Assembly (NCBI GenBank): GCA_964575605.1
Contig: CAZNRN010000006.1
Span: forward strand, 6,849 to 70,848
DNA from: an uncultured Micavibrio sp.
GTDB lineage: Bacteria > Pseudomonadota > Alphaproteobacteria > Micavibrionales > UBA2020
Direction: 5' to 3'
DNA length: 64,000 bases
Of the stretch, positions 21,773-31,038 are shown piece by piece. The notes beneath the pieces were generated by a model, which ran no database searches, was not told the origin of the DNA, and saw nothing but the letters and a program-made list of their open reading frames with translations. The position numbers and the translations under genes were made by a program. The stretch's first letter is position 1. Every line of letters starts with the position of its first letter.

Positions 21773-23053
21773 TTACTTCCAGCGTTTCAGACGCCACGCA
21801 AAGCTAAGCGCGGGGAATTTGCGCCCCAGTGCGGCGAATATCCCGTGCGTGTCGATCCACAGCGCATAGTCGCGGTAGTCCGCGTCTTCGGACAACAGCT
21901 TTTCTTCCACATAGGCGCGCAGCGCATAAATAACACAGACGCAGGCCCAGAGGATGGAGAGGCGCAGGCATTCGAACACCGTATCGCCCGCGACAAAGGG
22001 CATCCACAGCATCAGCCAGACCGCGCATTTCGCGACATAGACCGGATGCTTGGTAAAACGGTAGGGCCCGGTGGTGATAATGCCGCGGTTCGACAGGTTC
22101 GAGGCGCGCAGGCCGAAAATCGCCTCGCCCCAGACATGGATAAGGGTAAAGGCCAGTATCGCGCCGCCCGCCGCGGCCGACAATCCCGGCAGCGAGGCCT
22201 GCAACTCGCCCCAGGGCGAGGCGCTGGTGCCGTCGGCGCGCGCGGTGAAGTTGAACCATTGCAGGAAGACCGCGTTATACAGCGGCGGGTAACAGCTCAA
22301 CGTCACCACCCAGCCGAGCAGGCTTTGATCAACGCGGCGGATATGGGTGCCCAACAACCGCGACGCAAAGAAATATCCCGGCACGATGGCGGCGGCTAGC
22401 AGCGCCATCAGCATGGTGATGATGATATTTTCCGCCTCCGGCCACGGCGCGGTAAAGATATCGCCCTCGCGCCCGCGTATCTGCGCGATAAACGACGCCA
22501 GCGCCGAAAAATTCAGCGGCAGGAAAATCCCGCGCACCAGCCAGCCGAAAGCGGCCTGCTTTACCTGCGCCCAGTCCAGTTTTTTAAAGCGCAGCAGCGC
22601 CAGCTGGCCCAGATGCCATCCCGCATCGCGCGCGGGGCCGATGCGCCATTCGGTCAGCAGGATAAACCCGAACACCACAAAGGGCAGCAGCCCCAGCACG
22701 GCGGGCATCATGCCGAAGAACGGCCGGTACTGCGCCTGCGCATATTCGGGCAAAACCGCCCAGCAGAGCAGCAGGGCGACAATGCCCAGCATCACGCCCG
22801 CGGTTTTTTCCCCCGCACGGCGCGCCAGCTTGCGGAATTCTTCGGGCTTGGGCTTGCGGTTGATCCAGGGCGCGCGAAAGACCTCCACGCCGCCCATCAC
22901 CGCCGCCACGCCCAGCGCGACAATCAGCCCCAGCCCTGCATCCGACACCGCCGCGTCGCGGAACAGCGCATAAAGCGCGGCCACCGTGCCCGCGATGATA
23001 AGCGGGTCCAGCCAGCCGGCGAAAGAGTGCGGAAGGGATGCGGTTTTTGCCAT
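21773..23053 (-). CDS. Long multi-TM ICMT-family methyltransferase-like protein
   Basis: About 10 TM segments; C-terminal RASNLSNRGIITTGPYRFTKHPVY, RAYVEEKLLSED..YRDY. Confidence 0.75.
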   Translation of the reverse strand: MAKTASLPHSFAGWLDPLIIAGTVAALYALFRDAAVSDAGLGLIVALGVAAVMGGVEVFRAPWINRKPKPEEFRKLARRAGEKTAGVMLGIVALLLCWAVLPEYAQAQYRPFFGMMPAVLGLLPFVVFGFILLTEWRIGPARDAGWHLGQLALLRFKKLDWAQVKQAAFGWLVRGIFLPLNFSALASFIAQIRGREGDIFTAPWPEAENIIITMLMALLAAAIVPGYFFASRLLGTHIRRVDQSLLGWVVTLSCYPPLYNAVFLQWFNFTARADGTSASPWGELQASLPGLSAAAGGAILAFTLIHVWGEAIFGLRASNLSNRGIITTGPYRFTKHPVYVAKCAVWLMLWMPFVAGDTVFECLRLSILWACVCVIYALRAYVEEKLLSEDADYRDYALWIDTHGIFAALGRKFPALSFAWRLKRWK

Positions 23054-23140
23054 GACAGGGATTAAACCATGCCTTGCTTTATACTAAAAGCTTGTTTTAC
23101 CTTGTTTTTGCCACCGCAACTCCCCCTGCTTTAGGAAAAA

Positions 23141-23149
23141 TGATATAAT
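23141..23149 (+). promoter_or_regulatory. Possible extended -10 promoter (TGaTATAAT) for the 23178-24710 gene pair
   Basis: TGATATAAT 28 nt upstream of the ATG; no clear -35. Confidence 0.35.
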
Positions 23150-23177
23150 GGACGGGTGGCGATAAGGGGGCATTGAT

Positions 23178-23588
23178 ATGGAGGGCAAATCCTTGAGCGG
23201 TAAATTCCCGGCATCCGGATTTCTTAAACTCGCGCGGCTGGTCGAAGCCGAAGGCGAGCCGTTCCAGCTGCATGTGCTCGACCTGCTGCGCGACATGAAA
23301 GAAGACAGCGACTTTTGCCGCGATGCCATGGCAACGCTGCGCCAGAAACTGGCGCACAAGGACATCGACGATTTCCTGAAATTGATGCCCGCCGCGACGG
23401 GCTATGCCGCGGGCTCCGCGCATGTGAAGGAAATCATCAGGCTTTCGGCCGAGCTTGACGGCTCGCACTTCAGCACCGCCGATGCGGCGCATGTCATGGC
23501 GGCCGAGCTTATCCATCGCAAAAAATGGGAAAAGGTGATGGAGGAAAACCCCGGCACGCTGCAGGAACTCAAGAACAGGATGGTATGA
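23178..23588 (+). CDS. Hypothetical helical protein (136 aa), partner of the downstream RelE-like fusion
   Basis: RBS aagggggc, normal codon usage, stop 3 nt before the next ATG; no recognised family. Confidence 0.7.
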   Translation: MEGKSLSGKFPASGFLKLARLVEAEGEPFQLHVLDLLRDMKEDSDFCRDAMATLRQKLAHKDIDDFLKLMPAATGYAAGSAHVKEIIRLSAELDGSHFSTADAAHVMAAELIHRKKWEKVMEENPGTLQELKNRMV

Positions 23589-23591
23589 CGC

Positions 23592-24710
23592 ATGCCTGAC
23601 GTCGAGATCCTCGCCAATCCCGAAGCCCGCCGCGTGCTCACCGCGCGCCCCGGCAAGGAATTGCCGCAGGATGTCTACGACAATCTTGCCAAGCGCCTCT
23701 CGGCCGTCGCGGGCCGCAGCGAGCCCAAGGGCGCCGGCTTTTACGGCGTCGACCTCAACAACGGTTACCGCAGCATTTTCACCTTCAACAAGGACCACCA
23801 GCCGGTGCTGGTTTACGTGGGCGACCACGCGGGCTACGAAAAGCTGTCGCGCGAAATCGCCAAAGACGCCGACAAGGTGCGCAGCAACTTCCTGAAGGAA
23901 ACGCCCGAGAAGGTCACCATCAGCTCGAAAAAAGCGCTCAAGAGCCTGACGTTCGAGGAATTCCGCCACAGCTTCCTGCAGGAAACGGGCAAGACCGATG
24001 TGCTGGCGAAAGAAGCCAAGGCCGCGGCCGAGCTTGCCGAAAATGCCGGCCGGGGCGGGCGATTTATCAAGGGCATCAAGGGCGGCGCGAAGGTTGGCGG
24101 CAAGGTTTTAAAGGTCGTCGCCGTCGGCGTGGTCGCGGCGGAAATACTCGGCCTGACCGAAAAGGCCGAGGCAGCTGAACTTGACGGCCGCCTGCCGAAG
24201 GGCGCGGTCGACGAATACAAAAAGATCCTTGCAGGGCAGGGCGCGACCGTGCTTGACCCGACTTTCATCGGCGGCGAAATCGCCGTGCAGTCGTCCTATA
24301 TGGACTGGGCGAAAAAATACCTGAACGGCAACGCGCAGCTGGAAGCGGAACTGCGCCCCTCCAGCATCCTTGAATCTCTCGGCATGCCCATGCCGACGGT
24401 GGCGGAGGAAAAACGCTCCGAATTCTACCGCAGCGTGCCGGACAAAGAGGCGCCCGGCATGACGGCCGAGATGCGCGAATTCGTGAAGGCGAAACAGGAA
24501 ATCCACAAGGCCTGCGACGCGCTGATGAAACAGAAGACAAGTTTCTGGGGCGCGCTGGCGCAATCGGGCGGCCAGGTGCCCGACGAAGCGCTCTACCCCG
24601 CCGAGGTCAAGGCCATCGACGACGCGCAAAAACGCTTCAACGATTTGTACCAGCGTAAAATCGAAGGCGCAGCACCCGCAAGGCCCGCGCAGTCCGCACC
24701 CGGACGTTAA
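23592..24710 (+). CDS. Hypothetical 372-aa protein with putative N-terminal RelE/ParE-like domain
   Basis: Residues ~1-90 follow the RelE pattern (EILANPEARRVL...GFYGVDLNNGYRSIFTF...VLVYVGDHAGYEKL); Gly-rich hydrophobic segment mid-protein. Confidence 0.7.
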   Translation: MPDVEILANPEARRVLTARPGKELPQDVYDNLAKRLSAVAGRSEPKGAGFYGVDLNNGYRSIFTFNKDHQPVLVYVGDHAGYEKLSREIAKDADKVRSNFLKETPEKVTISSKKALKSLTFEEFRHSFLQETGKTDVLAKEAKAAAELAENAGRGGRFIKGIKGGAKVGGKVLKVVAVGVVAAEILGLTEKAEAAELDGRLPKGAVDEYKKILAGQGATVLDPTFIGGEIAVQSSYMDWAKKYLNGNAQLEAELRPSSILESLGMPMPTVAEEKRSEFYRSVPDKEAPGMTAEMREFVKAKQEIHKACDALMKQKTSFWGALAQSGGQVPDEALYPAEVKAIDDAQKRFNDLYQRKIEGAAPARPAQSAPGR

Positions 24711-24719
24711 GCGGGAATA

Positions 24720-25382
24720 TCAGTTATATTCATCCGCCGCGTTGCGGCGCCCGCCGCCGCGCACGCCGGCTTCCTGGCCGAGGCCCGCTTTTTCGCGCGC
24801 CTCTTTCGCTTCGTGGATGGCTTTCTTGAATTCGATCGGCGCCTCGATGGAGGGCAGGGTGACCTCGCCCACGCCCATACCGCGGACGCAGACGCGGCCG
24901 AAGCCGAACATACGGCCCATCACGTCCTGCCGGACCGACACACCCTCGATACGGTCGACGTTCAATTCACCCACGTTACGGGCGACGAGGCCGGTCTTGA
25001 AAATCAGGCGTTCGGTCGTGACCGCGATTTCGGTGGTCGCCTTCTTCACCATCATGTGCGCGAAGAACCAGAGGCCGAGTGCAAACATGCCAAGGATGCC
25101 GAAGCGCACGAACCAGTGCAGGCCCCAGAGGATTTTCAGGTAACCGCCGCGCTTGATGACGATGGTCTGCCAGGCCTTGTGGTACATTTCGTCGGGCACG
25201 TCGCCATAGGTCTGCCTGATCTCTTGCGTCACTTCCCACCAGATCATCGAATAGCCGATGATGATGCCCATCGCGAGGCCGAAGAGGATCCAGAAGATCG
25301 CCTGCAGCGTGTACATCCAGTGAAACCGCGCCGCCATCAGGATCTCTTCCTTGGGCCCGAGCGATTGCTGCACGTAAAGCAT
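24720..25382 (-). CDS. Membrane protein with bacterial PH (bPH_2) domain
   Basis: YVQQSLGPKEEIL...ARFHW, two TM helices, TTEIAVTTERLIFKTG...RIEGVSVRQ..MGRMFGFGRV. Confidence 0.78.
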   Translation of the reverse strand: MLYVQQSLGPKEEILMAARFHWMYTLQAIFWILFGLAMGIIIGYSMIWWEVTQEIRQTYGDVPDEMYHKAWQTIVIKRGGYLKILWGLHWFVRFGILGMFALGLWFFAHMMVKKATTEIAVTTERLIFKTGLVARNVGELNVDRIEGVSVRQDVMGRMFGFGRVCVRGMGVGEVTLPSIEAPIEFKKAIHEAKEAREKAGLGQEAGVRGGGRRNAADEYN

Positions 25383-25450
25383 GTGACACCCCTAATATAT
25401 TGCCGCGGGGATAAAGCCTTTTCCCCGTCTACCGTTATTTCATATCTTAG

Positions 25451-25465
25451 TTAAGACGGGGTTAA
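25451..25465. promoter_or_regulatory. Candidate CtrA box (TTAA-N7-TTAA)
   Basis: TTAA-GACGGGG-TTAA, 69 bp upstream of the PH-domain gene start. Confidence 0.4.
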
Positions 25466-25566
25466 AGTGGAAGCATTGCCCTGTCCTCTTGTCGTAATCA
25501 TGAAATAATTGCGCCCGGCGGGGTGTGACGCCGGGCGCGGTCGGGGAGACAAGGATAAGCGCGGCT

Positions 25567-26127
25567 TCAGGCCTCCGCCGGCTGCCATGCGCAGCCATAG
25601 GGTTCGGCCAGCATGAAGGACAGCACGGATTTATGCGCCTTTTCGCTTTTCTTGGTTTCCTCCAGCTGCAGCTGCAGGTGCCGCGCCAGCTCGCGCTCGC
25701 TGACGATGCCGAGCAGCCGGCGGCTGTCGAAGCGGCTGACGACGGGCATATAGCGGTAGCCCCGCCGCAGCATCAGCGCGGCCGCTTCCTCGATCGGCAT
25801 GTTTTCGGGCAGCGTTTCGGGCGCCGCGATCATGGCCTCGCCGACCGTCATGTCGTCGATGTACTTGCGCAGGTTGAGGGGGCTGAGCAACCGGTCGCAA
25901 CTGCGCGCGAAAACATGGCGCAGGATGGAACGCTCGGTCAGCAGGCCCGTCAGCCTGCCTTCGTCGTCCAGCACGCCCGCCGCGCCGCATTCGGTTTCCT
26001 GCAGCAGCGGCAGCACGACTTTTACGTAGTCGGTTTCGAAGAATTCCGCCGCAGGACGCGTCGATACGATATCGCCCAGCGTCCGGGTGGGGGCGGGCCT
26101 GTTCAGGTTTGCTGCGATTTTTCCCAT
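25567..26127 (-). CDS. Tandem CBS-domain protein
   Basis: VLDDEGRLTGLLTERSIL; MTVGEAM..PETL...EEAAALM...YRYMPVV....LLGIVSERE. Confidence 0.85.
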   Translation of the reverse strand: MGKIAANLNRPAPTRTLGDIVSTRPAAEFFETDYVKVVLPLLQETECGAAGVLDDEGRLTGLLTERSILRHVFARSCDRLLSPLNLRKYIDDMTVGEAMIAAPETLPENMPIEEAAALMLRRGYRYMPVVSRFDSRRLLGIVSERELARHLQLQLEETKKSEKAHKSVLSFMLAEPYGCAWQPAEA

Positions 26128-26281
26128 GGCATGTCTCCTTTCGATGGCACGAGAATAATGACAACGGGGCAAAAGCCCTTCCTGTCTCTTACGCAACGGG
26201 GCGCAGGCCGGATGCGGCGGTTTTATTGCTTTTTAGGGCAAAAAAATTACCGCGGGATGTAAAAAAATTGCGGGGGGCGGC

Positions 26282-26650
26282 TCAGCCGAACTGCAGCGCC
26301 GCCAGATAGGCCGCCAGCGCCGCCGCGAGCAGCGCGATGGCCGCATTCACCCAATAGGCAAGGCGCGGGTTGACATGCGCGGGGATTTCATTGGGTTTCA
26401 GGGTTTTAAGGATTTTCTTGTACTGCTTCGCCGCCGTTGCCGAAAAAAGGCAGCCCATCAGCACGAAGACAAGTCCGAACCAGAAGGCGGAGGTTTCCGC
26501 TGCTTTCGCCTTGTCAGTCAGCGCATCGTCGAACAACCCGAAGCGCGCAATCGCAAGGCCAAAGGCCATCAGCGTCAAGGCTGTGCGGTTCCAGGCCAGC
26601 GCCGTGCGTTCGGCCGCAAAATAAACGCGGGGGTCGTCGAGTGTGGACAA
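26282..26650 (-). CDS. DUF202/YidH-family inner membrane protein
   Basis: DPRVYFAAERTALAWNRT motif, three TM helices; TTG start 4 nt after the pfkA stop. Confidence 0.85.
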   Translation of the reverse strand: MSTLDDPRVYFAAERTALAWNRTALTLMAFGLAIARFGLFDDALTDKAKAAETSAFWFGLVFVLMGCLFSATAAKQYKKILKTLKPNEIPAHVNPRLAYWVNAAIALLAAALAAYLAALQFG

Positions 26651-26654
26651 GGCC

Positions 26655-27743
26655 TTAGTCCCCGAGGCAGATGCCGAGCATCCGTGCCGTATGCACCAGA
26701 GGGCCGTTGACGTCGACCTGCTGGTAGGAAGCGATTGCCTCCTGAATCGGCACGTCGATGACGCCGCGGTTGGACCAGGCGACCATGCGGTCGAACTTGC
26801 CTTCCGCCACCAGTTCCACCGCGCGCACGCCAAAGGCGGCGGCGACCAGACGGTCCTGAGGGATAGGCGCCGACCCGCGCTGCACGTGGCCCAGCACGGT
26901 GACGCGGGTTTCGAAGCCCGTCAGCTCGGCGATCTGCTCGCCGATGTAATAGCCGATGCCGCCGAAGCGTTTTTCACCGCCCTTGTATTCCATCTGCTTC
27001 GCGTCGCCGGTGATGGTCTTCACGGCCTCCGACACGACGACGAGGGCGAAGTTGCGCTGTTCCTTGTCGCGCACCTTGATGATTTTCTCGGCGACTTTTT
27101 TGATGTCGTAGGGGATTTCGGGGATCAGGATGACGTCCGCCCCGCCTGCGATGCCGGTGGAAATGGCGATGTTGCCGGCGTCGCGGCCCATCACCTCCAG
27201 CACCATCACGCGGTCGTGCGATGCGGCGGTGGGCTGCAGGCGGTCGAGCGCCTCGGTCGCGACATAGAGCGCGGTTTCGAAGCCGACCGACATTTCCGTT
27301 TTGCCCACGTCGTTATCAATCGTTTTCGGCACGCAGACCAGGCCGAACTTGCCGCGCGCGGCCAGCTCGCGCAATATCGCCATCGAGCCGTCGCCGCCGA
27401 TGCCGATCACGGCTTCCAATCCCAGCTGCTGGATGCCGTCGATGATCTCGCCGGTGCGGTCCTTGAAGGTGCCGTCGTTCATCGGGAATTTGAACGGGTT
27501 GCCCTTGTTCGTCGTGCCCAAAATCGTGCCGCCCATGCGCATCACGGTGGTGTCGAACATCGCGCGGCTTAAAACCTTGTAGCGCAGGGGACGGTCGAGC
27601 AGGCCGGCCGTGCCGTCCTCGAGCCCGATCACTTCCCAGTCTTTTTCCGCCGCCGCATGCACCGCCGCGCGGATGACCGCATTCAGCCCCGCGCAGTCGC
27701 CGCCGGAGGTGAGGATGCCGATACGTTTCTTTCCCATATTCAC
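26655..27743 (-). CDS. pfkA: ATP-dependent 6-phosphofructokinase
   Basis: LTSGGDCAGLNAVIR, GGTILGT, IGGDGS, PKTIDND, EVMGRDAG, TVLGHVQRG. Confidence 0.93.
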   Translation of the reverse strand: MNMGKKRIGILTSGGDCAGLNAVIRAAVHAAAEKDWEVIGLEDGTAGLLDRPLRYKVLSRAMFDTTVMRMGGTILGTTNKGNPFKFPMNDGTFKDRTGEIIDGIQQLGLEAVIGIGGDGSMAILRELAARGKFGLVCVPKTIDNDVGKTEMSVGFETALYVATEALDRLQPTAASHDRVMVLEVMGRDAGNIAISTGIAGGADVILIPEIPYDIKKVAEKIIKVRDKEQRNFALVVVSEAVKTITGDAKQMEYKGGEKRFGGIGYYIGEQIAELTGFETRVTVLGHVQRGSAPIPQDRLVAAAFGVRAVELVAEGKFDRMVAWSNRGVIDVPIQEAIASYQQVDVNGPLVHTARMLGICLGD

Positions 27744-27876
27744 TACCCTTCGCTATGCCGTTTATCTTTATTGAGTCGGCCGTTGCGGCATTGCATCAAA
27801 TAAAGCTTAAAAAAACAAGGGTTTCCTGCTAATATATTTTCGCTTTTTGAGGCCAGACAGGATAGATTCCCCCGGC

Positions 27877-28083
27877 ATGATGCAAGAAGAAGAAGAAGAA
27901 CTGAATAAAATGCTGGAGGAGCTCCGCACGGAGCACCGCGACCTCGATATTATCATCGAGCAGCTGGGCGATGTCGTCCCCGTCGATTTCCTGCGCATGC
28001 AGCGCCTCAAAAAACGCAAACTCTTCCTCAAAGACCAGATCTCGAAACTCGAGAGCATGCTGCTACCGGATATTATTGCATAA
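27877..28083 (+). CDS. DUF465/YdcH-family small coiled-coil protein
   Basis: LEELRTEHRDLD...RMQRLKKRKLFLKDQI...PDIIA. Confidence 0.85.
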   Translation: MMQEEEEELNKMLEELRTEHRDLDIIIEQLGDVVPVDFLRMQRLKKRKLFLKDQISKLESMLLPDIIA

Positions 28084-28116
28084 TTTTTCATAACTTTTTC
28101 GTTAAAGAAGAATACC

Positions 28117-28641
28117 ATGACCGAGCAAAACCCTTCGCCTGCCCCGTTGCCGCAAGCGCCGCGGAGGGGGGGAAGGATCATTCACTGGCTGTTCATTCTG
28201 ATAATGATGGCCTACTGGCCGCGCGTTTTCTCGCACGACTTTATTGCCAGCAAGGAATGGTGGACCATAAGCTTGTGTACTGCCTTGGCAGGCACAGCGC
28301 TTTTCGCAAAGGTTATGTGGATACAGGGCGCGCAGCCCGGCGTGCCGGCCATCTCCCGCCCCATGCGGACGGCGCTGCTGACGCCATTTGCGTTCTTTGC
28401 GCTCTATTCGATGCTGGTATGCGGCCTGGGCGGCGGCGCGACCTGGATGGGTGGAAAAAACACGACCGATATCTTCGCAGCTTACAGAAGCCCCAGCGCA
28501 GGCCCGAACTGCCTGCGGCTGGAAGAGGCTGACACTGTGGTGTGCATGTCGCCGGAAAAGTTCAAACTCCTTCCGCCGTCTCCCCGCGTGAAACTCGACG
28601 CCAAAAGATCATGGTTTGGCACCATCGTCTACGGGCCGTGA
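28117..28641 (+). CDS. Hypothetical membrane protein (three TM helices)
   Basis: Open frame with aagaag-N-ATG start and hydrophobic segments; no recognised family. Confidence 0.6.
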   Translation: MTEQNPSPAPLPQAPRRGGRIIHWLFILIMMAYWPRVFSHDFIASKEWWTISLCTALAGTALFAKVMWIQGAQPGVPAISRPMRTALLTPFAFFALYSMLVCGLGGGATWMGGKNTTDIFAAYRSPSAGPNCLRLEEADTVVCMSPEKFKLLPPSPRVKLDAKRSWFGTIVYGP

Positions 28642-28708
28642 CGGCGTCCGGCATCCTATACGCAGAGTTTCATAAATTGTTTATTTACAACGCTATATCA
28701 GCCTTTAT

Positions 28709-28737
28709 TTGACATAGCGCAAACCCGTTGATATAAA
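28709..28737 (+). promoter_or_regulatory. Near-consensus sigma70 promoter
   Basis: TTGACA-N17-TATAAA. Confidence 0.7.
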
Positions 28738-28919
28738 ATCCCTACGGCTCGTCACCGGGCGCACGGTTTTTGTCGTTTCCGCGTGCGCCATTTCATACGA
28801 GGCGAGAAACGGCCTGCAAACTGCCCTCTGTCCAGGGCGGCATTGGAGGCTGTGAAAGTGAAACGTACCGTCACACATTCATTCGCGATCGCACCCTCCT
28901 CAACCGAAGGAGAATAACC

Positions 28920-29123
28920 ATGCCTGAATGGTCACGCGATCAAATCGAAAAAGGCCTGAAAGAAGCGTTCGACGCGCAAAAGGCGCAGGGCAATTATGAA
29001 TACGTCCCCGCCGGCACCAGCCGCAACGGCGAACAGCTCTACAAGAAGCAGGTCCAGCGTTCCGGCGCCACCGACTACTGGGATGCGCAGATGTCTGCCT
29101 ACTACTTCAGCATCGGCAGGTAA
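28920..29123 (+). CDS. Orphan 67-aa protein
   Basis: Strong RBS gaaggaga, high-expression-like codons, MPEWSRDQIEK...YYFSIGR. Confidence 0.7.
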   Translation: MPEWSRDQIEKGLKEAFDAQKAQGNYEYVPAGTSRNGEQLYKKQVQRSGATDYWDAQMSAYYFSIGR

Positions 29124-29176
29124 CCCCGGCGATACGGGCGGGGAAAGGCGAGGGCAGGGCGTTTGAAAACGCCCGC

Positions 29177-30955
29177 CTAATCCGTGATAAACCCGCCCGA
29201 TTGCAGGCGGAAGAAACCGGCGTAAATGCCGTGTTCGCGGTTGACCAGTTCGTCGTGCGTGCCTTCCTCGACGATTTTGCCCTCGTCGAAAACGATAATG
29301 CGGTCGGCGTCCAGTATCGTGGAAAGGCGGTGCGCGATCATGATCGAGGTGCGGCCGTGGGTGAGCGCGAGCAGCGCATCCTGTATCGCGCGTTCGGATT
29401 CTGAATCGAGCGAGCTGGTCGCCTCGTCCAGAATCAAAATCGGCCGGTCGGCCAGTATCGCGCGGGCAATCGCAATCCTTTGCCGCTCGCCGCCCGAGAG
29501 CTTCACGCCACGCTCGCCCACCAGCGTGTCGTACTGCTGCGGCAGCGTCATGATGAAATCGTGGATATGCGCCTGCTTCGCGGCTTCCTGCACGGCCGCC
29601 ATCGATGCGCCCGGCTGGCCATAGGCGATGTTGTCCGACAGCGAGCGGTGGAACAAAATCGGGTCCTGCGGCACCAGGGCGATGGCGCTGCGCAGCGAAT
29701 GGCGCGAGCCTGCGGCGATATCCTGCCCGTCAATCGTGATGCGCCCCTCCTGCAGCGGATACATATGCTGCAGCAGGCGCACGAAAGTCGTTTTCCCGCT
29801 GCCCGAATGCCCCACCAGCGCCACGCGCTCGCCCGCCTTGATGCTGATGTTGAATTTATCAAAGATGCGGCGGTCCTTGCCGGGATAGGTGAAGCCCGCG
29901 TTTTCAAACGTGATCGCACCTTTTTTGATGTCAAGCGCAGGCAGCTTCGGCTCGTCCGGCACTTCGGGCGGCTCGCGCAAAATGTCGATGATGGCGTGCA
30001 GGTCGTAAGATGAGGTCAGCAGGTTCTTGATGTTCTCGCCCAAATCCTTGATGTAGGACTGCAGGATGTTATAGGCAAAGGCAAGATAGGCCATGCTCTC
30101 GACCGTCGCCTGCCCGTTGAACAGGTACCACGTGCCGCCGCCCAGCAGCAGCACCAGCATGCCCGTCAATAACATCCGCTGGCAGAAGGCCGCGGTATTG
30201 CCGCGCAAATACGCGCTGGCGTTCTTGCCGCGCAGCGCTTCGGTCACGGCGACAAAGGTGCGGTATTCGCCGCCTTCCTGCGCATAGGCCTTGGCCGTCG
30301 AAATGCCGCTGACGCTGTCGGCCAGATGCGCGCCGAAATGATCTTGCGCCTCGGCATAGGCCGCCTGCGCGGGGCCCGAAACGTTGAACACAAGGTAGGC
30401 CGAGGCACAGGCAAGGATGATCAGGTAAACCGTCATCAGCAGCGCCAGCATCGGGAAACGCATGGCAAGGAAAATAATCGTGCCCGTCAAGACGACAAAG
30501 GTCGGGAAGATGCGCAAAATAATCTGGTCTTCGAAAGTCTCGATTTTCGTGCGCGCACGGTTGATCTTCGAAATAATCGCGCCCATGAAGGTATTGGCGA
30601 AATAAGGCTCGGGCAGGCGGTAGACATGCGCGAAGGCGTCGTCCAGCACCTGCTTGAATAAATTGGTTTCGAAAACGTTGTAGACGCGGAAAGTGGAGAC
30701 AAAAACCAGCGCCTGCAAAAAATACAGACCCAGGAACATCACCAGCGCATGGGTGATGGCGTCGTGGCTTTTCTCCAGCCGTATCGCCCCCAGAAAATCC
30801 GCCAGCGCGTTCGGCAGGTATGTTTCGATGAGCGCGCTGACCAGCAAACAGCCCAGCACCAGCCCGAGCCGCCGCGGCTGCCGCCTCCAGTACCCCGCCG
30901 CAAACCGCAGCACGTCGGTAAAGCCCATCTGTGATTTCTTGCGCGATGATGACAT
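29177..30955 (-). CDS. ABC exporter, fused TMD-NBD (ABCB/MsbA-Atm1-like)
   Basis: Six TM helices, GHSGSGKTT, VPQDP, LSGGERQR, ILILDEATSSLD; start ATG 30955 preceded by GAGG. Confidence 0.93.
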   Translation of the reverse strand: MSSSRKKSQMGFTDVLRFAAGYWRRQPRRLGLVLGCLLVSALIETYLPNALADFLGAIRLEKSHDAITHALVMFLGLYFLQALVFVSTFRVYNVFETNLFKQVLDDAFAHVYRLPEPYFANTFMGAIISKINRARTKIETFEDQIILRIFPTFVVLTGTIIFLAMRFPMLALLMTVYLIILACASAYLVFNVSGPAQAAYAEAQDHFGAHLADSVSGISTAKAYAQEGGEYRTFVAVTEALRGKNASAYLRGNTAAFCQRMLLTGMLVLLLGGGTWYLFNGQATVESMAYLAFAYNILQSYIKDLGENIKNLLTSSYDLHAIIDILREPPEVPDEPKLPALDIKKGAITFENAGFTYPGKDRRIFDKFNISIKAGERVALVGHSGSGKTTFVRLLQHMYPLQEGRITIDGQDIAAGSRHSLRSAIALVPQDPILFHRSLSDNIAYGQPGASMAAVQEAAKQAHIHDFIMTLPQQYDTLVGERGVKLSGGERQRIAIARAILADRPILILDEATSSLDSESERAIQDALLALTHGRTSIMIAHRLSTILDADRIIVFDEGKIVEEGTHDELVNREHGIYAGFFRLQSGGFITD

Positions 30956-31038
30956 CGAAAACCTCAATCGGGGCACTATTCACGTTTTGGCGCTCCTTTT
31001 ACAGGGAAATTTTTCGCATTACGAAAAACCGCGCAGGG

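Noticed and set aside
28744-28919. c-di-GMP-I, glycine, cobalamin or SAM riboswitch; tmRNA; 6S RNA
   Set aside because: A GCAAAC segment is present, but the tetraloop/receptor and other core motifs are not; kept only as an unknown structured leader
29157-29174. gggcgtt-tgaa-aacgccc hairpin between convergent genes as a terminator
   Set aside because: No T tract on either strand; too weak to call
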